Shown: positions 26,801 to 40,156 of the stretch, piece after piece
Layout of the letters: the number at the start of each line of letters is the position of its first letter
Position numbering within the stretch: the stretch's first letter is position 1
NCBI GenBank assembly: GCA_002269645.1
Contig: NIVC01000900.1
Span: 276,117 to 340,116 of the forward strand
Source of the DNA: Macrostomum lignano
Taxonomy: Eukaryota
Direction of reading: 5' to 3'
Length of the DNA stretch: 64,000 nucleotides
Notes under the pieces: model-generated
What the model saw: only the letters and a program-made list of their open reading frames with translations
Told to the model about the DNA's origin: nothing
Database searches by the model: none
Translations under genes and position numbers: made by a program

Positions 26801-29800
26801 CGGGCACGCCGTAGAACACAATGTTACCGATGTTGTCGAAGCCGCGTCGACCAGACCGACCGGCCATCTGGTGATAGTTGAGCGCATCCAAAAACTTGTC
26901 GTCGCTAGCGAATACGACAGTTTTGCAGGGCATGTGAACGCCCAGAGCCAGGGTGGCGGTTGCTGTGACCACCTGGACGGGGCGGTGAGACTCTTAAGTG
27001 AATCACTGGCTGCACGAAATAAAAGATGACACCCAATATTATTTTTGATTGGCCGACCGAATCGGGTAAAGAAACTTTCAGCGTTCTGCTCTATTGAGTT
27101 TTAAAAATATCAAAAAGTTATTCCGTAAAAACCTCAAAGCTGAAATTCCTGTTGTCTTTCGCACCGAAAAGATCGCTAAGTTTAGATCAAATCAGAAATC
27201 CAGTGTGCCCCGACCTCTCGCTGCAGGTTTTGTTTACAAATTTAATTGCTCTGATGACCAGAGCATTTCCTATATAGGAAAGACCAAACGACACATGTAC
27301 ACGAGGATTAGAGAACATTGACTAAAAAACTCTGCCATTAATGAACATTTGCTCACCTGCAAGAGCTGCTGTGACACTGAACCACACGAAATGATTAAGA
27401 CTATAGAATTTTGTAAGAACGATAACAAACTTAGCTTATTAGACGCTATGCACATTAAGGCCCAATAACCTACTCTGAACAATCAGCTTGCCATGTGGGG
27501 GTGTTAGCCGTCAACTTTAACTTTTTTAGCTCGCTCAATAACCGGACTGGACAGCTGTTTTGATATGTTCCACGCCTTTCACCCAAACTTGTGTACCCAG
27601 TTTTGTACTTCATTTTTACTCCTCTGTCAAATATTACAATTGTTCAAGTGTTCAAGACACTCTCTCCAAGTCTAGAGTTGAAAAAATAGCATTTCCTGCA
27701 AGCGCCTCTAAAGTTTCATCCATTCGCGGCGGTGGAAAGGGTCAAGACTGGTTACTTCATTTAGCCGGCGATAATCCAGGCACAGCCAGATGGATCCGTC
27801 CTTCTTCCGTACATGCATGACTGGGCTGACCCACGAGGATTGACACTCGTAGATCCTACCGCAATCTATTAGCCTGTCGATTTCTTTATCGATTTCTGGC
27901 CTAATGTGCGGCGGGATGCGGCGTGGTGGTTCTCTAGTTGGCCTGGCGTCCCCGGTGTCTATGGTATGCATTGCCTGGTCAGTTGAACCCAGCTCGCTAT
28001 GGTCCTTGGCAAAGACATCTCTGTTCTGACGGTTCAACTTTATGAACGACACCTGCTGGTCCTCGGACAAGTCCGGCGAGTCACAACTGCCCAGATGCTC
28101 TACAGGATCCCAGTCTGTCGAGAGAGACCTGGTTAACTTGTGCCTTGGGTTCTTCATCAAGATTTGGTTGGCTGTCATGGATGGGCGAGAACCAGCTAAT
28201 CTGCTTTCCTTTTGTCAGGACTACAGGTTCTACCGACACATTGGTGATCTTGAGAGGGACGGAACCGTCAGCAGAGGGCACAACTGACCTAGGCAGCATC
28301 ACATGGCCTTCAGTCTGGGAGCGGGTCTCTGCTATTCCTAAAAACCGAAATTCCTTCACTCCTCTCCGACTTAGCTTAGCTCGAATGATTTGAGACCGAT
28401 TTGCAGGAACTGTTTCCGATTTCGAAATGACTATCCGGCAGAGAAGGGGTCACTCAGAAGACATACAAAAAGAAAAAGTTCCTTCCGAAGTGACGATCTG
28501 ATGGTTGGCAAAATCTAACGTGGCTGATTGGGATCGGAAAAAATCTGCATTAAGGATGCAACGGTGCAGTATGTGTGAGACGACGACGAAGGTGTTGACG
28601 AAATCTATGCGAGCCAATGGAAAATTCCCCAACGCACTCCCCCAGCACATCTTTGACATCGCCATTTGCAACTTTAATACTCTTTCTTATGTAGCTTGGC
28701 TTCAACCCGGCTCGATTCGAGTTCCTCTTCCACGCGGCTTCACTTAGCAGGGAGATACTTGAGCCGGAATCTAGCAAGCATGCCATACTACTTGTTCTGC
28801 TTTCAAATATCACATCGACAAAACCAAGTTCTGTACCTTGTGCGGGTTGGCTCCGTGCGCTGGGTTGGGCCTCTATTGCTAATTCGGGTGGGTGCCTGGA
28901 TGGCCCTGCCTCCAGGTCACCTGACCGTTTCCCGTCTGCTGCTGGTCTCTTTGCAGTTTGAAACACCTGGCCTGTTTGTGACCGGGCCGGTTGCAGTAAT
29001 TGCAAACTATAGAGTTTCTGCATTGCTGGGTCGTGTGGGTGATCTCGAAACAACGACCACACTGGACAGTTCTCTGAGCTGGTGCTGCAGCCAGCTCAGA
29101 GTCACGGCACGGCACGAGTGTTGTGATATAGGCCAGATCGCAACTCTAGTTATCTCAACGGACGAGCCCAGAGATGGCGTCAGTCAACTGGCCGGACTGA
29201 CTTCGGACTCTGAGCGTGGGATCGCGCCAGGAGACTTGATCAGCTTGTCCCTACGGCACAAATTAAACCAAACCAGTCCTTCGAATGAGAAAGACACGCG
29301 AGTCACTCTCTTTATCTTCACACGCAACAGCGATGGCGGCGGTAGGGGTGGCTTCTCTCAACTTCTGGCGAAAGTTCTGAGTAAAGACTGGCTTCTGAGT
29401 AAGTTCGGTTTTGGTTGTAATAGAGCTTGTAGCTGCGTCTAGATCGACACGAAAGGATGGCCTCCCCTACCGCCGCTCCTGCATACATTTATATTTACGC
29501 TAGCTGGTTAAGCCCTGGGGTATCGTATCGCTACCCCAGGCCCAGCTAGCCAAAATTACGAGTCTTAAAAGTTACAAAGCCCGCCGGGGTCGCGATTGGA
29601 AGGGGAGAGTACACAAACCGATTGGCTGGGCCGCCAGCCAATCGCAGGGCGAGCGAGGGGGCGCACTGGGGCGCAGCCAGCTAAAATCTGTTGGCTTATA
29701 CAGACAGTGGGGTGGGTGCAACTGGGAGGGGGGTTTGACGCAGACAGAATGGGGGTGTTGACGCCGGCACGCGGCTGGGAGGGTTAGGAGTGCATTGCCG

Positions 29801-30900
29801 GGCACACTTGATCGAGAGTCAGAGATTGTCATGCTTCTTTTTTGGTCGATCCAACGCTTCGTAAGTTTTTATGCGTTTTATGTCTACTAATTAAAACTAA
29901 AAATTCAAGTGGAATGATATTTTGTCAACACGGCCAAGTAAAAACAGCTTAGTTTTTTTACACCGCATCGATTGAGTAATCAAGTCAAAAGGCTAAATGT
30001 GCAGATCGAAGCAAAAATTATTATTTTAATTCTAGGCTCCCGAATTATTTTTGATTTGATTTACGTCTAGATTTTTTAGTTAAGCTACCTCTATATGTTA
30101 ACACTATAAGCTAAACTTACATACATGTACAGTCCTAGCTCGCACTCAGAGCCATGGATCAATCAAGCTGAAAAAATAAGCAAACAGCCTAAACTAACCT
30201 GCAAATGACCGCTGCGGAACAGCATCTCAACAGCTTGTCGGTGCTTTGCAGAACAACCGGCATGGTGATAGCAGACGCCAAATTCTATCATATTCGTCAC
30301 ATTCTCATTTAACGGCTTCAGTACTTCCTTAAGAAAAGATTCTTGTACGGCCTGCGGTTTAAAATAGGCGCAGGCCTGAATTTTGCTGCGCAGTTCTAGC
30401 CGATGTCTGTAGTAGGATTCCCGTTCGGCGGCATCGACCGGATTTTCATCGTCCGAATCATCTTTGTCACGATTGCGCTTGTGGGCGATGGCCATCGCTT
30501 CGCGAGCTTTCTCCATGCGCTCTAGCAGTTTCGGATCGACAGCTTGCTTAATCCTTTCATTAGCTCGATCAACAAGCGACGCAGCAAGCTTTTCAATGCC
30601 TTTACGATCGTTCATAAACACCAAAGCTGGTAAGCGACCCTGGGAATGAAGCCGATCAATTAGATCGGGAAATGCGCTAATAATATCAACGTCGGATAGA
30701 AACTCAAATTGTTGAGTTATATTCTGCTGGTCATCATTCAGCTGAATTGTAGTAAGTAGCTGGGTAGACTTTGCCTGCGAACTCTGACAGTGAGTCGGAA
30801 GTAGAGGAAAAGGATAAAGGGTCTGCGAGATTGCTAGAGTGCGGGAAGTGCGAGGGGTCTAAGGACTGCTTCGTACTTTCGTGCATTAAAATACAGCGCA
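23866..30900 (-). CDS. DDX60: DDX60-like Ski2-family RNA helicase, C-terminal half. Exons ~30199-30783(+), 26532-26972, 25671-26107, 23866-24580.
   Basis: ARKYE; LPALVF; GVCYHHAG..VEMLFRSGHLQ|VVTATATLALGVHMPCKTVVF; QMAGRSGRRGFD; LAGLVCHM.Y..P.NFV; LNAYALDF..H.S....DNG..EGD...LLKDF, all recalled from vertebrate DDX60. GT-AG junctions checked as phase 0, 0 and 2. No DExH ATPase exons recognised upstream. Confidence 0.85.
24643..25596. mobile_element. Solo LTR in the last DDX60 intron
   Basis: TG(TAGTG)...(TGCG)CA termini flanked by 4-bp direct repeat CGTA (24639-42 / 25597-600). Internal CCAAT-like boxes and G/C runs. Confidence 0.6.
27094..27530 (+). mobile_element. Penelope-like retroelement 3' fragment (GIY-YIG endonuclease), degraded
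   Basis: FVYKFNC..SISYIGKTKRHMYTRIREH, followed by a decayed SAI.EH..C region and an I....PTLNNQL-like tail. Stops and frameshifts present. Confidence 0.8.
27700..29810 (-). mobile_element. Ty3/Gypsy LTR retrotransposon remnant (gag zinc knuckles, protease, start of RT), 3'-truncated, inside a DDX60 intron
   Basis: CGRC..ITH....C and CNYCNRPGHKQARC knuckles; protease LLDSGSSISLL; RT entry IDTGDARP..PPRRIP..SSWVSPV.HVRKKDGS.WLCLDYRRLNEVT. Frames are broken. Confidence 0.9.
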
Positions 30901-32349
30901 ATGTTAGGCTGCTATTGGTAGCCTGCGTTTAGCGAATCAGCAGATGAAAGTGCATAGATGAGGTTTTGTACTAAACGCTAAATGCATACGGTGGAATGGC
31001 TACATTTCACCCCTATTTGGCCTTAGCTCACCCCTTGGTCAGCCACCCTATAATTTTGTCATCTAGTATACAGCCACCTCACTCTCACTATGTATATTTT
31101 AATGATGGGTTTCGACCTTTCGGCCCCCTTGTGGGGAAGCCTTCGGGCCTCAGGTCTCAGAAATAAATCAATTATAGTCCTGGCCCCCCACTCCTGTCAG
31201 ATGGTCAGCCCCATGGTAGCTTGATCTTGGGGCGAGCAGTCTAGGTCCTATAGCTAAGAGAAGACAGCGAGAGACAAGCAAGGAGAATTTTGAAGGTAGA
31301 AATTAGCTAATCCGCAGATCAACTAATTTGCTGCCACCAGTCCATGCGCCCTGGCTCACCACACCGGGACTCTCGAAATCGGGCTTCCGACTAGAAGGGG
31401 CTTTGCACTTACCTGCCAACTAGTGTCTTTTTGCTGTCAATCTCGAAGTCATAGCCGATGATAAGGGACACTGCTGGGACTTGATCGCATTGGCCATGCA
31501 GGTACAGAGGGGACTTGTGCAGGGGATTCTTGCAGTGACGAGACTATGGGGTAGCTACATGTACTATTTACATAGCTAAATACGAAGATATGTACTTTTG
31601 GCCTTCAACACGCCAACCAGCCTCTCCTAGCGCTGATGATAGGCTAACTCGAACTTCAGAGACCGCATGATTCATCACCCGAGCTGCTTAGCTAACCTAG
31701 AGTGCACAGAGTACATCTCTGGCGCCGATTCTGCACTTCTGGCAGTTTTGCTCACTGATTTGATAGTTTGATCGACTGAGAACTGCCTTGCCATTGGTCC
31801 ACTGCGACCGGCGCCTACTAGCTTAGCTACTCATCTGAGCCATCGGCGAACAAAGAAATAAAACCGATAAAAATAACTGTTAGATTTAACCTTCTCCTTA
31901 GATCAGTAAGATTACTTTGCACTTCAGATTGAATTAGAGTTTTAGACTACTAGCAGTATTATTGAATGACTTCTGCCTCAGTAACAGCACTACTGAACAA
32001 AAAGAGCAAAAGTGTGCGCCTAATTCAGCTGCTGAAACAGGGGACAGATAGCGCGGGAATCACCCGATCAAGCAAATCTAGGTAGCCTCTCACCCAACCA
32101 ATCAGAAACTCAACAGCCGGAGACCAGGTAATCCACCTGCAGTGACCGAATCGGCTTGATGCTTCGCAGCTGTAGACTCGGGATGATGCTGATGTCACAA
32201 TCTTCGCTGATAGATAGCAGGTGATGCTCTTCACTTTGATGGTCGCTGCCGATGACCGGGGGGACTCGTCCTTGATGATGATGATGGGGGGAAGTCGCAA
32301 TCCGAGGATCAAGAGACGACGGTCAGGCCAGGGAAGAGCGAGTTCCTGG

Positions 32350-32510
32350 CCGATAGCAAGCGTCTGGGGTCCGAGCGGGCCAAAAACACCGGTTTAAATA
32401 GCCGCCAATTGGACCACAGTTTGTTATAATGGAACACGTCGATTCTGATTGACTGAGTCGCTTTGTTAAAATGAGCGCCGAATTTTCTGATTGGCTAAGC
32501 TTGTTGCTAC
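32350..32510 (-). promoter_or_regulatory. CCAAT-CCAAT-TATA promoter-like arrangement, possibly LTR-derived
   Basis: The minus strand reads AGCCAATCAG...AGTCAATCAG...CCAATTGG..TATTTAAA, oriented towards the DDX60 exons. Confidence 0.4.
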
Positions 32511-35500
32511 CAGAATCACGTGACCGGGAGATCCTATCAGTTCCCACAGGGTCGTAAAAAGATGACAGGTGCGGCCATAAATCAATCAAAATCGCAACAA
32601 AATGATGTATGACTTTTCGCATAGGATTGACAGAAATTAATGAAAAAATATACATTAGAAAGCTCTTATTAAATAGAAGGTGAAGGTAATGAAGAGAAAT
32701 CGCTAATCGCTAATCCCAAAGTACTTTTAGGGGTAAAACGCATAGCTGTCAAAGCTGTCACACGCTTGAGTGAACCCGAACAATAGGCCCTGACCTCATA
32801 AATCTGATGGCCTGTCAAGAATGATGAGAAAAAAGCCATCATTCGCATCCCCTCAGATCATCTGGCGCCAGCCTCAGCACTGAGTGAGGCGCAGGTGGCT
32901 GTCAGACCAGCTTCGAAAGCGATGATTTATGACCCAAAAAGCTGCGCCTATGCATGTTATTATGACTACTAGTATGACCAAACATTATATCTAGTATAGA
33001 TTCTATGACAATTCGCAGAAAAAGGATAAAAATGCCCATAGACCACTGTTAGTAGGCTAGTAAGGTTAGAGCCCATGTGCTAGCGCGGGGTTTGGAAAAA
33101 AGTGCGTCCTCATCATTAATATCAGTTTTAGTTTTAATATCAGTAAAAACCAATTGGCCAAAGTTATGTATTTATAGCAATAGATATAGGCCTATAATCT
33201 TAGTTATAGGGCCTTTTCATATTGCTTGTTCTGGTTCCAGAACCAGAACCAATTTGTGAAGTATAACTTTTTGTCTCCATAACTAGAGGGAGATATGTGC
33301 TATAAAGTTTTTATTATTAAATGACAATCGCCAAGAAGAATGTGACGTTGCCAGTTTAAGGTGGTCCCGCAAAAGGGCCGTTGGACTACAATTTTCCTTA
33401 CAATTTCTCATTTAGATTTCCAATAGTGTATTCTCACGTTTACTTGTAGTAGCGCGCAAATAATCTGTATCAATTGCTAAATCACTGCGTACTTTGTAAG
33501 CCTTGCGTACGGCTGCAGGGTCTCGCGCGATCGATTTTCTTGTTTTTCCCTCGCCAGCCAATGAAAACTCTCCGCATATATTATGTTAACCCTCCTGCGC
33601 TCCTTTATTAACCCCGCCTGGCGGCGGGCTGGGGTTTTTTTCATCTTTCCTCCTTTCGCGCCTTCGCTCCTCTTGTCCTTTCGCTCTCTCGTTCTCTCGT
33701 CCTCTCTCTTGTTATCTCTCGCCACGGCTCCACTCTGTCTGGGCCAGACTGTCTACGCACTCTTGCTCCACTACTGCCACGGGCCGACGCCCAATCTCGC
33801 CACTTTGTCTGTTTGCCTACTTGTTACTCACTGCCATCACTGTGCTCACAGCCATCACTTGCTACTCGGCTTCATCCCAATTATCATCATCTACTCTGCC
33901 ATTGTTGAGTTCACCATCCTTTTGGGACTAATAACGTCAGCACTCTCGTCAAACGGCCCTTTTGAGGGCTATAGCCACTACTACGCCAATAACGTGACAA
34001 AGAAAGTGAAAATCGTGCAAAGTGAGGCTGTTAAGGCAGTCAAACATTCAACAGAATTAAATAGTTATACTGCTGTTTTTCTTGGAAGATCCGAACCGAT
34101 TCTGATTCTGGAATTGGTAATATGAAAAGCCTCATAGTTTCTTGCTTTAATTTTTTGAGTTTTAAAAATAACTCAATAAGTTAAAACAAGTTAGGCCTAG
34201 TCTGTAGTGATTTAAATGAATAAGGTGTAAAATAAACTTCTTGAAGTCAAACAATTCCAATAAAAAATATTCGTTGTGATGACAGACGGATGAATGAATG
34301 CGTCCTTGTTTGGTGGGTGCAATGAGCCTTACTTTATTTCATATTTATTTGTAAAATCTATTTGTAATAAAAGTAATTAGATTTATTATTTAAACTGGAT
34401 GGACTTGAATTCTGAAAACTACGCTACTCTACTGCAACTACTACACAGCGCCTAGAAAACCCCTAACACCAAACACAGCGCATTCGCGTTTTAAATACGA
34501 TAGGAATTAACATACAGTAAAACAATAGTAATAAAGTACGTACAGTAAGTATCGCGGAAATAGGAAACTCACTACTGAATAAATACTGACTAAATAATAA
34601 CACAATAACATTCAGGAACGCCGGATACATCATAAAAAGTGCGGGGATTTAATCTATACATAAAAATACTTTACAAAGGCGCGTAAAGGCGGTGGTTCTT
34701 AATATTATTGCTAATGAGAGAGGTTCGTAATCGTAAGATAGGTCGAAAAAAACTGCAACCGTTTGATTGCGGGTGCTTTATATTTATAGCTTTCTCATGG
34801 AACATTCCGGAAGAGGGAGTTTTCTAGAAAGAGTTCGCGCGGGAATTCAAGTTACTATATTTAGAATCATAGAGTATAGCGAGGAAATTTCTAGAATAAA
34901 ATGTTTACTGCATGAATGGCTGAAAGTTTTGCAAAGGTTTAGTACAAGGTCACTACAAGTATATATGTATTTATACATTTTTCTGCATTTGAATTTTTCA
35001 ATTTCAGTTTATTTTTAGGAAAAAAGTAGACTTAATAGATGAAAACAAGTTAGGCCTAGTCCCTAGTAATTCAATCAGTATACATGTGTTTGATATTCAA
35101 TCAATCTATATAACAATCAAGCAAATAGCTTGATTCTGCATGACTTACCTACCCCTTCACCTATTGGTCAGCCTTGAGCTATCCCATTCTACTTGTCCAG
35201 TTAGCATCTATCCTATTCTTACTATATACATTTTTCTACAAGTTTAACATCAGTAAAAACTAATCAGCCAAAGTAAACTCAAACTCAAAATAATTTAATA
35301 TGGAAACTAGGACTATTATACATGAGCAACCTTGAGAATCACTTGGCCATTTCTATTGGCAACACACACATGTAATGTAAGTTGCTATTGGCTAAGAGCA
35401 GTCACGTGACTACTATTTTGTCTAATAGCAACTTACATGTGTGTTTTCATCCATGTGTTTTCATAGTATGAGGACTATGCTATTTAGGCAGTTGTTATTG

Positions 35501-35879
35501 TTATAATAAAAATTATCATTGTGACCTTTTTATAGTTTGTTTTATCTTTGAAATAAATTAAATACAATTCAAATATATTGTTCATAAATCAAGACTAAGA
35601 CCTTATTTATACATTCATTGATTCATATTGTAGGCTTTTTACTGAAATTACTATTGCCAAAAAAGTTATTTGTCTTAAAATGGTTGCCAAAATGTCTTGT
35701 CACCAAAATGACTAGTAGCCTTTTCTTATATCTGGATTAATATTTTTTATACTAGCCTAGTGTAAGCAAAGCATATATATCCACAATTAGGTCTATATTT
35801 AATTTTTTTTGCTTTTGCAAATAATTTAAGTGAAAAACTAAGATTACAATATAAGATATATACTAGTATAACCACCATG

Positions 35880-37000
35880 GCCATATTGCCAGGAACTGCA
35901 AGTAGCTGTGCCTGTTGGGAAATGGCATAGGCTGGGGTGAAGCCTATACCCTTGGCCCATTCTGAATGTGGGCCCTAGTGTGAGCAGATTGTTCTGGGGT
36001 GCTTATGGGAATAGTGCAGGTGTAGCCAGTAGCAGCGTAGCAGCTGTTGTCACAAGGCTAAACCCATTGATATCCAATTTGCAGTGCAAGATTGGAGGTG
36101 TAGACATCATAGTGCTGATCAACTCTGGCAGCCAGGTATCAATTGTAGACAAGTGGGTCCTACAAAGCATGCAGCCAGTTCAGCTAGAGAGTGTGCACTT
36201 GGAGCTATGGGCAGTCAACTAGCAAGTGGTACCCGTATAGCAAGTGGCCAGCCTAGCATTGTTGCTTGGTGGCATCAAGTGGTGGCATCCATTCTATATG
36301 TTGGAAGGCCTGGTAGCCATTGTCATCACTGGGCTAGACTTTATCAAGGCCTGCAAAATGTGCCTGGACTTCAGTGACTGCACAGAGGCACCACCAATGA
36401 CATACATGCGCATCCTTGGGATTCCCTTGGCTGTTTCTATTGGCAACACATACATGTAAGTTGCTATTGGCTGAGAGTAGTCACATGACTGCTATTCTGT
36501 CCAATAGCAACTTATGTGTATATGTTGCCAATAGAAACAGCCAGGTGAATCTCTAGGTTACAGCCAAGCATGACCAAGGAAGGAGCTTGTGTACAATGGA
36601 TGGCATAGGCCACCTCAATGCTAACAGCTAGCTGGAGGAACTCAAATAGAGGCTGGTGCTAGAGTTTAGCAATGAAGAGGTTGACCTGCCTATTATAAAG
36701 GACCTGGACATCTAAGCCCTAGTGCACAATTTCAGCAAAATCTTCTCAAGGCAGCTAGGTCAGATTGCCAGATTGTCATAAGCATAGCATCCCTGTGCAG
36801 ACAATACCAAGGAAGCTGCTAGTGCACTGGGAGCCCAAGGTGAACAAGTTGATCCAGGAGCTGCTCAACAAGGATATCATCGAAGAGTCAGACAGCCTGT
36901 GTGTGGTACCCCTAGTGTACATGCAGAAGAAGAATAGAGACCTGCAGCTGATGATTGACTACCACAAGCCAGAAGATAGGTAGAAGATGGCCTTCAGCCA
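35880..37000 (+). mobile_element. Heavily CpG-decayed Gypsy protease/RT fragment
   Basis: CKIGGVDIIVLINSGSQVSIV (protease, catalytic D to N); KVNKLIQELLNKDIIEESDS..VPLV...KK..DLQLMIDYHK (RT entry). Confidence 0.75.
36425..36546. repeat. Palindromic MITE-like element (~60-bp arms) inserted in the Gypsy fragment; related partial copy at ~35350-35440
   Basis: Arms GGCTGTTTCTATTGGCAACA..TAAGTTGCTATTGG and their reverse complement, centred on TCAC/ATGA. Confidence 0.75.
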
Positions 37001-38005
37001 TAGGCCCAGAGTGCCAGTTCAATGCTACTATAACATTTCAATAACTGCCAGGGAACAAGGGCAAAGAATAAAACCATTACATTTTTATCTAACAATGCTG
37101 CTGACTCTGCCAGATCCATAGGCATAAGGAAATTTGGGTTCTTGTGCTTGAACTCTAGCAATTACTGTCTGGTTAGGCTTGGCTAATATGTACAATTAGG
37201 CCTGTCGAATAGACAATAAACTAACAACTAACAATATGTGATTAGTGGTGCAGAAAGGAAGGAGGAGAAAGAAGAAGTGAAGGGCCTAAGCCGTGGGTTG
37301 AAGTTGTATTTATACTAACAATAATGAACAGGCTAGCCAAATTGTCTGTGGTAAATGAACGGTTACGATAGTCTGTGGGAAAGGCATAGTAGACAAAGGG
37401 AGACGGTTAACTGAAAAGTACAAGGTAATAGAAAGTACAAATATTTGGAGGATGGAAATCCAACAAGGCCTATCACCAAGCCAGTCTGCAAATCATGCTA
37501 TTGATGATTGAAATCTGGGTAGAATTCCTAATGGATATTAAGATAGACATTCAAAACAATTATATTTTACTTTTTCAAAAATGGTAGGCTTTACTATATA
37601 TTATATTAATAATAATGATCTTTTGGATATATACTTAAATTTGTTTGTTGGGTAACCAACATAATTCTCCCAACATAGATCACCAACATAGATCACCTTT
37701 TCCCATGATTGTATTTTGAGATAGATATGTTCATTGAGATAAGCATTTAAAAGGAGCAATTTTATAATTGTTGAATTAATTGAATACTAAGAGAATGCCA
37801 AAAAAAACTAAAATTTGATCAATATTGTCCTAATTTGTTTATAAAAAATAAGCATTTAGTATATGCCTCTAGTATAAATAATGTTTTGGTGACTTTGATA
37901 GTTTAGACATTAGTCTTTTAATGTAAATCTATAAAATAAAATGTCATAAAATTTGCTAGTCCTTATAATACCATTCCAAAAATAAGATTCTAGTCTTCCA
38001 TGACT

Positions 38006-39290
38006 GCTGAGCAATAAGTTTCTGGATGTGTGCAGACAGAAATAGTTAGAGAGAAAAAAGCAGTTACATCTTTTCAAAGTACTCCAGCAGATTCAATGCA
38101 AATTTTCATGTGCTCAAACCACTTGCTGAAGTAGCTGGACCAATCTGAAGTAGGCACCTCCTCCAAATGCTAGATGAAGGCCTCCACTGCAGCTTCTGGT
38201 GATCCATAGTGGATTCCACGCATCCTGCGCTTGATTTGTGGAAACACAAAAAGTTGCACAGGGCCAGGTCGGGGCTATAGGGTGGATGACCAAGCTCTTG
38301 AATGCGGTCTCCGGCTAGGAACTCTGCCACCTGTCGAGCCTTGTGGGCTGGGGCATTGTGATGGAGAAGGATTCCCCAAGCTTGAGTCCTTGGGCAACGC
38401 CTGGAGAGAATGCTCAGCACTTCTGGCAAGCAAATATTGGTGTACTGATCACTGGTGACTATGCACTGCTGCATGAGTAGAACCATGGCCAGATGACCAG
38501 TTTTTGCCACAAAATTGGCCACCATCTGCTTTGCCACGCTGTGCTCTCGCCGAAGCTGGGATAGTGGGGTGCCAGTGTGCCACCAACTGGAGTCCACTGG
38601 GCCAACTGCTACTTAGTCTCTAGGTCGAAACTATAGATCCAGGACTTGTCACCACTGACAATATCCCAGACCAAGTTTGAGCTACCTCCATTGAATCTGT
38701 CAAGCATAGTGTGGCACCAGGTCACCAGAGCCTCCTTTTGCTTCGGAGTCAGCTAATGAGGCATGCAGCATGCAGAAATCTTGCTCAGGTTGAGCTGTGA
38801 ATGCAGGATTGTCCTGATGGATCCTGATGAGATGCCCACCTCTGTCTCTATCTGGGCCACAGTCACTCGGGCATCATCCTCAACCATGGCCCAGATAGTA
38901 GCAACATTATGTTGTGGACAGGCTAGCCACTGTACTCCTCATCATCTAGACTCTGCCTGCCGCATCAAAATTTAGCAAACCAGTAAAAATGGTGGATCTA
39001 GATGGTGCTTCATCCCCAAAAGCTCCTTGCAATTGCTCAAGACTTTCTTGCTGCCGCAAACCACTTTTAAAATCGTAATAATTGCTTTAAAATGACTCCT
39101 ATTGAGCTCCATTGTGAATTTGATAGATAGGGTAGGTATGCTAGCTTGGTTTGGGTGCTGCACTGGCTATATATAACCAGTGTGTCTGAAACTTTACAAA
39201 TATTGTACTTATATAATGTACTTGACACCTATGGTGTTAGATTCTGTCAGCTGCCTCTCTGGAAACACATCTAGAAACTTATTGCTCAGC
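38006..39290 (-). mobile_element. Mariner transposon, ~1.3 kb, degraded transposase
   Basis: LLHHNAPAH..HPPYSPDLALCNFL. TIR pair GCTGAGCAATAAGTTTCT(G/A)GATGTG at 38006-30 and 39266-90. Confidence 0.85.
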
Positions 39291-40156
39291 CCTCCTTTAA
39301 TCTATAATGTTTAAAATATTGATAAATATGAGTATAAATATAACAATAAGAATATATCATAGTAGTTTTCTTGACTAGTAGTATACTTTATTACTTATAG
39401 CATTCTTATGCTTAATAAATATTTTACATAAAGTAGCTTTTATGTTTATTTTATTAGCCTCCATTTTTCATATGTATCTCTTAAAGAATCATTTAGTTAA
39501 CAAAGTTCAAACTTATTTTGTCCTTAGGTATTAGCAACCAAGATAAGAGAATTCTAATTGTTTTAATAAATGATATATTTAATAATATTGATATATAGAG
39601 TATGATTTTTGGATGATATTTTTGGAAATTTTTTTCTACTTATAGTTGAAACAATAGCTGTCATGAATGTAATTCCTAATCTTTTTTAAATATTCAATTA
39701 TTTTTATTATATTATAGTTATAGAAATAAAAAACCAATATTTGAAAAACTTAAAGTGAGTTTTAAACAAAGTATATTTTTTAAAATAAAAAATATTTTTC
39801 CAATTAACTAGTTATCTTAATATTGACATTTATCATAATAATAGTATCAATTAAATCTTAGTGATCAATTTCACTTAAATTGCATCAGTTTATTTGTATT
39901 ATATTGTTGTTGGTACTAGTTCTTTTAAGCCAAAAAGAAGTTATTTTCGAGGAAAGAAATGATGTTTTGCCCAGCTAACAGTAGTTTAAGTTATGCAGAG
40001 CCATGATCTACTAATAGTCATCCTTGATACTAAGCTTATACCAAAAGAAATGTTTGCTTATGTTTTTTTAGCATTTTAGTGCTACTTTAAATATAACCAA
40101 ACTGAAAATGTATGGCTCTATAATGGTTCATATTTTTTGCATGTGCCCAGGCCAGA

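Noticed and set aside
31879-32654. Candidate solo LTR with TG...CA ends around the CCAAT/TATA motif
   Set aside because: Flanks (TAAC vs TTAG) do not form a TSD, so the boundaries are unsupported.
33583-34125. 180-aa hydrophobic ORF as a membrane protein
   Set aside because: It derives from pyrimidine-rich low-complexity sequence with a non-ATG start and no motifs; more likely UTR or LTR-like DNA. No TSD found to call it an LTR.
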